64,000 nucleotides of DNA, taken from an uncultured delta proteobacterium. GTDB taxonomy: Bacteria > Myxococcota_A > Polyangia > Fen-1088. The notes under the pieces were generated by a model. That model was not told where the DNA came from, searched no databases, and saw only the letters and a list, made by a program, of their open reading frames with translations. Both the position numbers and the translations under genes were made by a program. The stretch's first letter is position 1. Every line of letters starts with the position of its first letter. The stretch is taken from positions 6,308 to 70,307 of the forward strand of contig CAVWIP010000017.1 of the NCBI GenBank assembly GCA_963755125.1, written 5' to 3'. Shown here piece after piece: positions 62,373-64,000 of this stretch.

Positions 62373-62649
62373 CCTATCTTGCCGTGGCATTTGTCGACGA
62401 TACAGCAAGCTGCGTGCCACCCGCTGTCGAGGCTGGTTTCATGGAACGATCATGTATGTCGGCATGAAAACGGTCGATTGTGCGCATACCCGTCGCGACA
62501 GGGCCGTCCTCATACCCTCAGAATTCTGAGGGCAATCTCAGACGGCTGATGGATCGTGTCCAAGATTTCACTTGGTCCCCGGTCAAGAAGTCAACTCGAA
62601 CTTGGCCTCGAACTTGCTGATATTTTGCCCACTCGATCTGGAGGCAGCC

Positions 62650-64000
62650 ATGACTCGATGGATTCGACCTGGGACCGGTTCTTGTGTTCTTTCCGCGCTT
62701 TTCTTCGCCACATTTGCTGGGTGTGGTTCAAGCAACTCGAAATCTGCGCCTGATGCCACCACCCACGACACCGCGTTGTCGCAAGATGTTGTCGTGGCCC
62801 TTGACGGTTTTAGCGATCACGCCGTCGCGCCTGACGCCGCTGCAAGCGATTCCACCGTGGCACCCGATGCTGCCCAGAGCGATGCTTTGGTGGCCGATGT
62901 CCCCGCGACCGACGCTGCTTCCTCCGATGCCGAAAGTGTTTCTGACGCTGGGTCTGCCCCGGACATCGTCACCGCCATGTCGTCCGTCCAGCGCATCGCC
63001 GATCCCCAGGTGCCAGCGGCTGACATCACTACCCTGGCTTCCGACAACGCCGCGTTCGCGTTCGCAGCCTACCAACAGCTCATCACCACGAACACCAATC
63101 TGGTCTTCTCGCCAGCCAGCATCTCCATCGCCCTTGCCATGACCTATGCCGGCGCAGCAACCACGACAGCGACCGAGATGGCTCAAGCACTTCACTTCAC
63201 CCTGCCACCCGCGCAGTTGCACCCGGCGTTCAATGCTCTGGACCAGACTCTGGCCTCACGTGGTCAGGGCTTCCTGGGCGGTGATGGTGGACCCATGCAG
63301 GTAGACATCGTCAACGCGCTTTGGGCCGAGCAGACCTACACGTTCAGGAGCGATTTTCTGGACACTCTGGCCGAGAACTATGGCGCCGGCGTGAACCTTC
63401 TCGATTTCATCAATGCCCCCGATCCATCGCGGCTGACCATCAACGCGTGGGTGGCTGGCCAGACCAACGATAAGATCCAGAATCTGCTGCCTCCGGGCTC
63501 CATCGGAAGCGCGACAAAGCTGGTTCTCACCGATGCGGTCTACTTCAATGCTGCCTGGAGCACCCCGTTTGACCCGAACAATACCCAAGACGGCCCATTC
63601 ACCCGCCTCGACGGTAGCACCGTGACTGTGAGTTTCATGAACGCATACCTCCCCGGCCTTCCGGCGATTCAGGGGACGAGCTTCGTAGCCGCGTCTCTGC
63701 CCTACGCCGACACTCGGCTCTCGCTGGTGGTGGTGGTGCCTGATGAGGGCCAGTTCAGCCAAGTCGAATCCTCTCTGAATGCAACCACGCTGGCGACTCT
63801 GGTGGCCGGGCTGGTCAGCCAGCCGGTTATTCTCACGCTTCCCCGCTTCAAGGTCGAGACAGCGACGAGTTTGAAGCTACTCCTCCAGGCCCTGGGCATG
63901 ATATCGGCTTTCATCCCTCGCGTCGCCGACTTCTCGGGCATGGATGGTACGCTCACCCTCTTCATCTCGAACGTATTCCACGACGCCTTCATCGACGTTG
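62650..64000 (+). CDS. serpin-family lipoprotein (3' partial at window edge)
   Basis: own translation of frame from ATG 62650 (not in ORF track, no stop in window): lipobox FFATFAGC; NLVFSPASISIALAMTYAGA, LPRFK, HDAFIDV serpin motifs. Confidence 0.65.
   Translation, partial: MTRWIRPGTGSCVLSALFFATFAGCGSSNSKSAPDATTHDTALSQDVVVALDGFSDHAVAPDAAASDSTVAPDAAQSDALVADVPATDAASSDAESVSDAGSAPDIVTAMSSVQRIADPQVPAADITTLASDNAAFAFAAYQQLITTNTNLVFSPASISIALAMTYAGAATTTATEMAQALHFTLPPAQLHPAFNALDQTLASRGQGFLGGDGGPMQVDIVNALWAEQTYTFRSDFLDTLAENYGAGVNLLDFINAPDPSRLTINAWVAGQTNDKIQNLLPPGSIGSATKLVLTDAVYFNAAWSTPFDPNNTQDGPFTRLDGSTVTVSFMNAYLPGLPAIQGTSFVAASLPYADTRLSLVVVVPDEGQFSQVESSLNATTLATLVAGLVSQPVILTLPRFKVETATSLKLLLQALGMISAFIPRVADFSGMDGTLTLFISNVFHDAFIDV

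Noticed and set aside
1-64000. search for rRNA, CRISPR arrays, reverse transcriptase/retron, group II intron
   Set aside because: None seen by eye. Cannot exclude without covariance/HMM tools.

Overview
GC-rich (~65-70%) bacterial chromosomal window with lipoprotein and Cys-rich secreted gene families typical of a Myxococcota-like genome, made up almost entirely of accessory DNA.

The organising feature is a tRNA-Gly(CCC) gene (17920..17992, minus strand) that serves as an integration hotspot. A tyrosine integrase (16617..17981) reads into its 3' end from the left. A second tyrosine integrase (18027..19256) ends 34 bp from its 5' end on the right. A 39-bp direct repeat of the tRNA 5' half lies at 58272..58310, next to a decayed integrase fragment (58361..58633).

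The left island carries:
- a XerC/D-like recombinase;
- a Septu-like PtuA/PtuB pair, preceded by an unknown 436-aa helical protein;
- a tightly translationally coupled 6-7 gene module (membrane coiled-coil protein, lipoprotein, small TM protein, FtsK/HerA/VirD4-superfamily ATPase, Zn-ribbon membrane protein, winged-helix protein), followed by an excisionase and the integrase. This architecture is reminiscent of integrative DNA-translocation (AICE-like) elements.

The right island (~40 kb) carries:
- an excisionase and a P-loop DUF3631-like protein;
- an AIPR-like abortive-infection gene;
- a PrimPol-like gene;
- two identical 1280-bp IS3-family copies with different 3-bp target-site duplications;
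- duplicated Kelch-repeat lipoprotein cassettes with conserved 5' and 3' flanks, the 3' flank containing a hairpin with compensatory substitutions;
- a low-GC islet of unknown genes;
- an ECF sigma factor and a VWA lipoprotein.

The right island also holds a Detocs-like defensive two-component operon: a histidine-kinase-like DtcA, a REC-only DtcB, and a REC-PNP effector DtcC. One IS3 copy is inserted exactly in the REC-PNP linker of DtcC, and the two halves are in frame once one copy of the target-site duplication is removed. An HNH-domain protein lies downstream of this operon.

Further right are a GH88/105-like hydrolase, a metallophosphoesterase, Cys-rich secreted paralogs, IHF-like genes, yecA, dinB and a partial serpin lipoprotein.

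No rRNA, CRISPR array or reverse transcriptase was seen. All functional calls are from motif recognition by eye and need HMM/BLAST confirmation.
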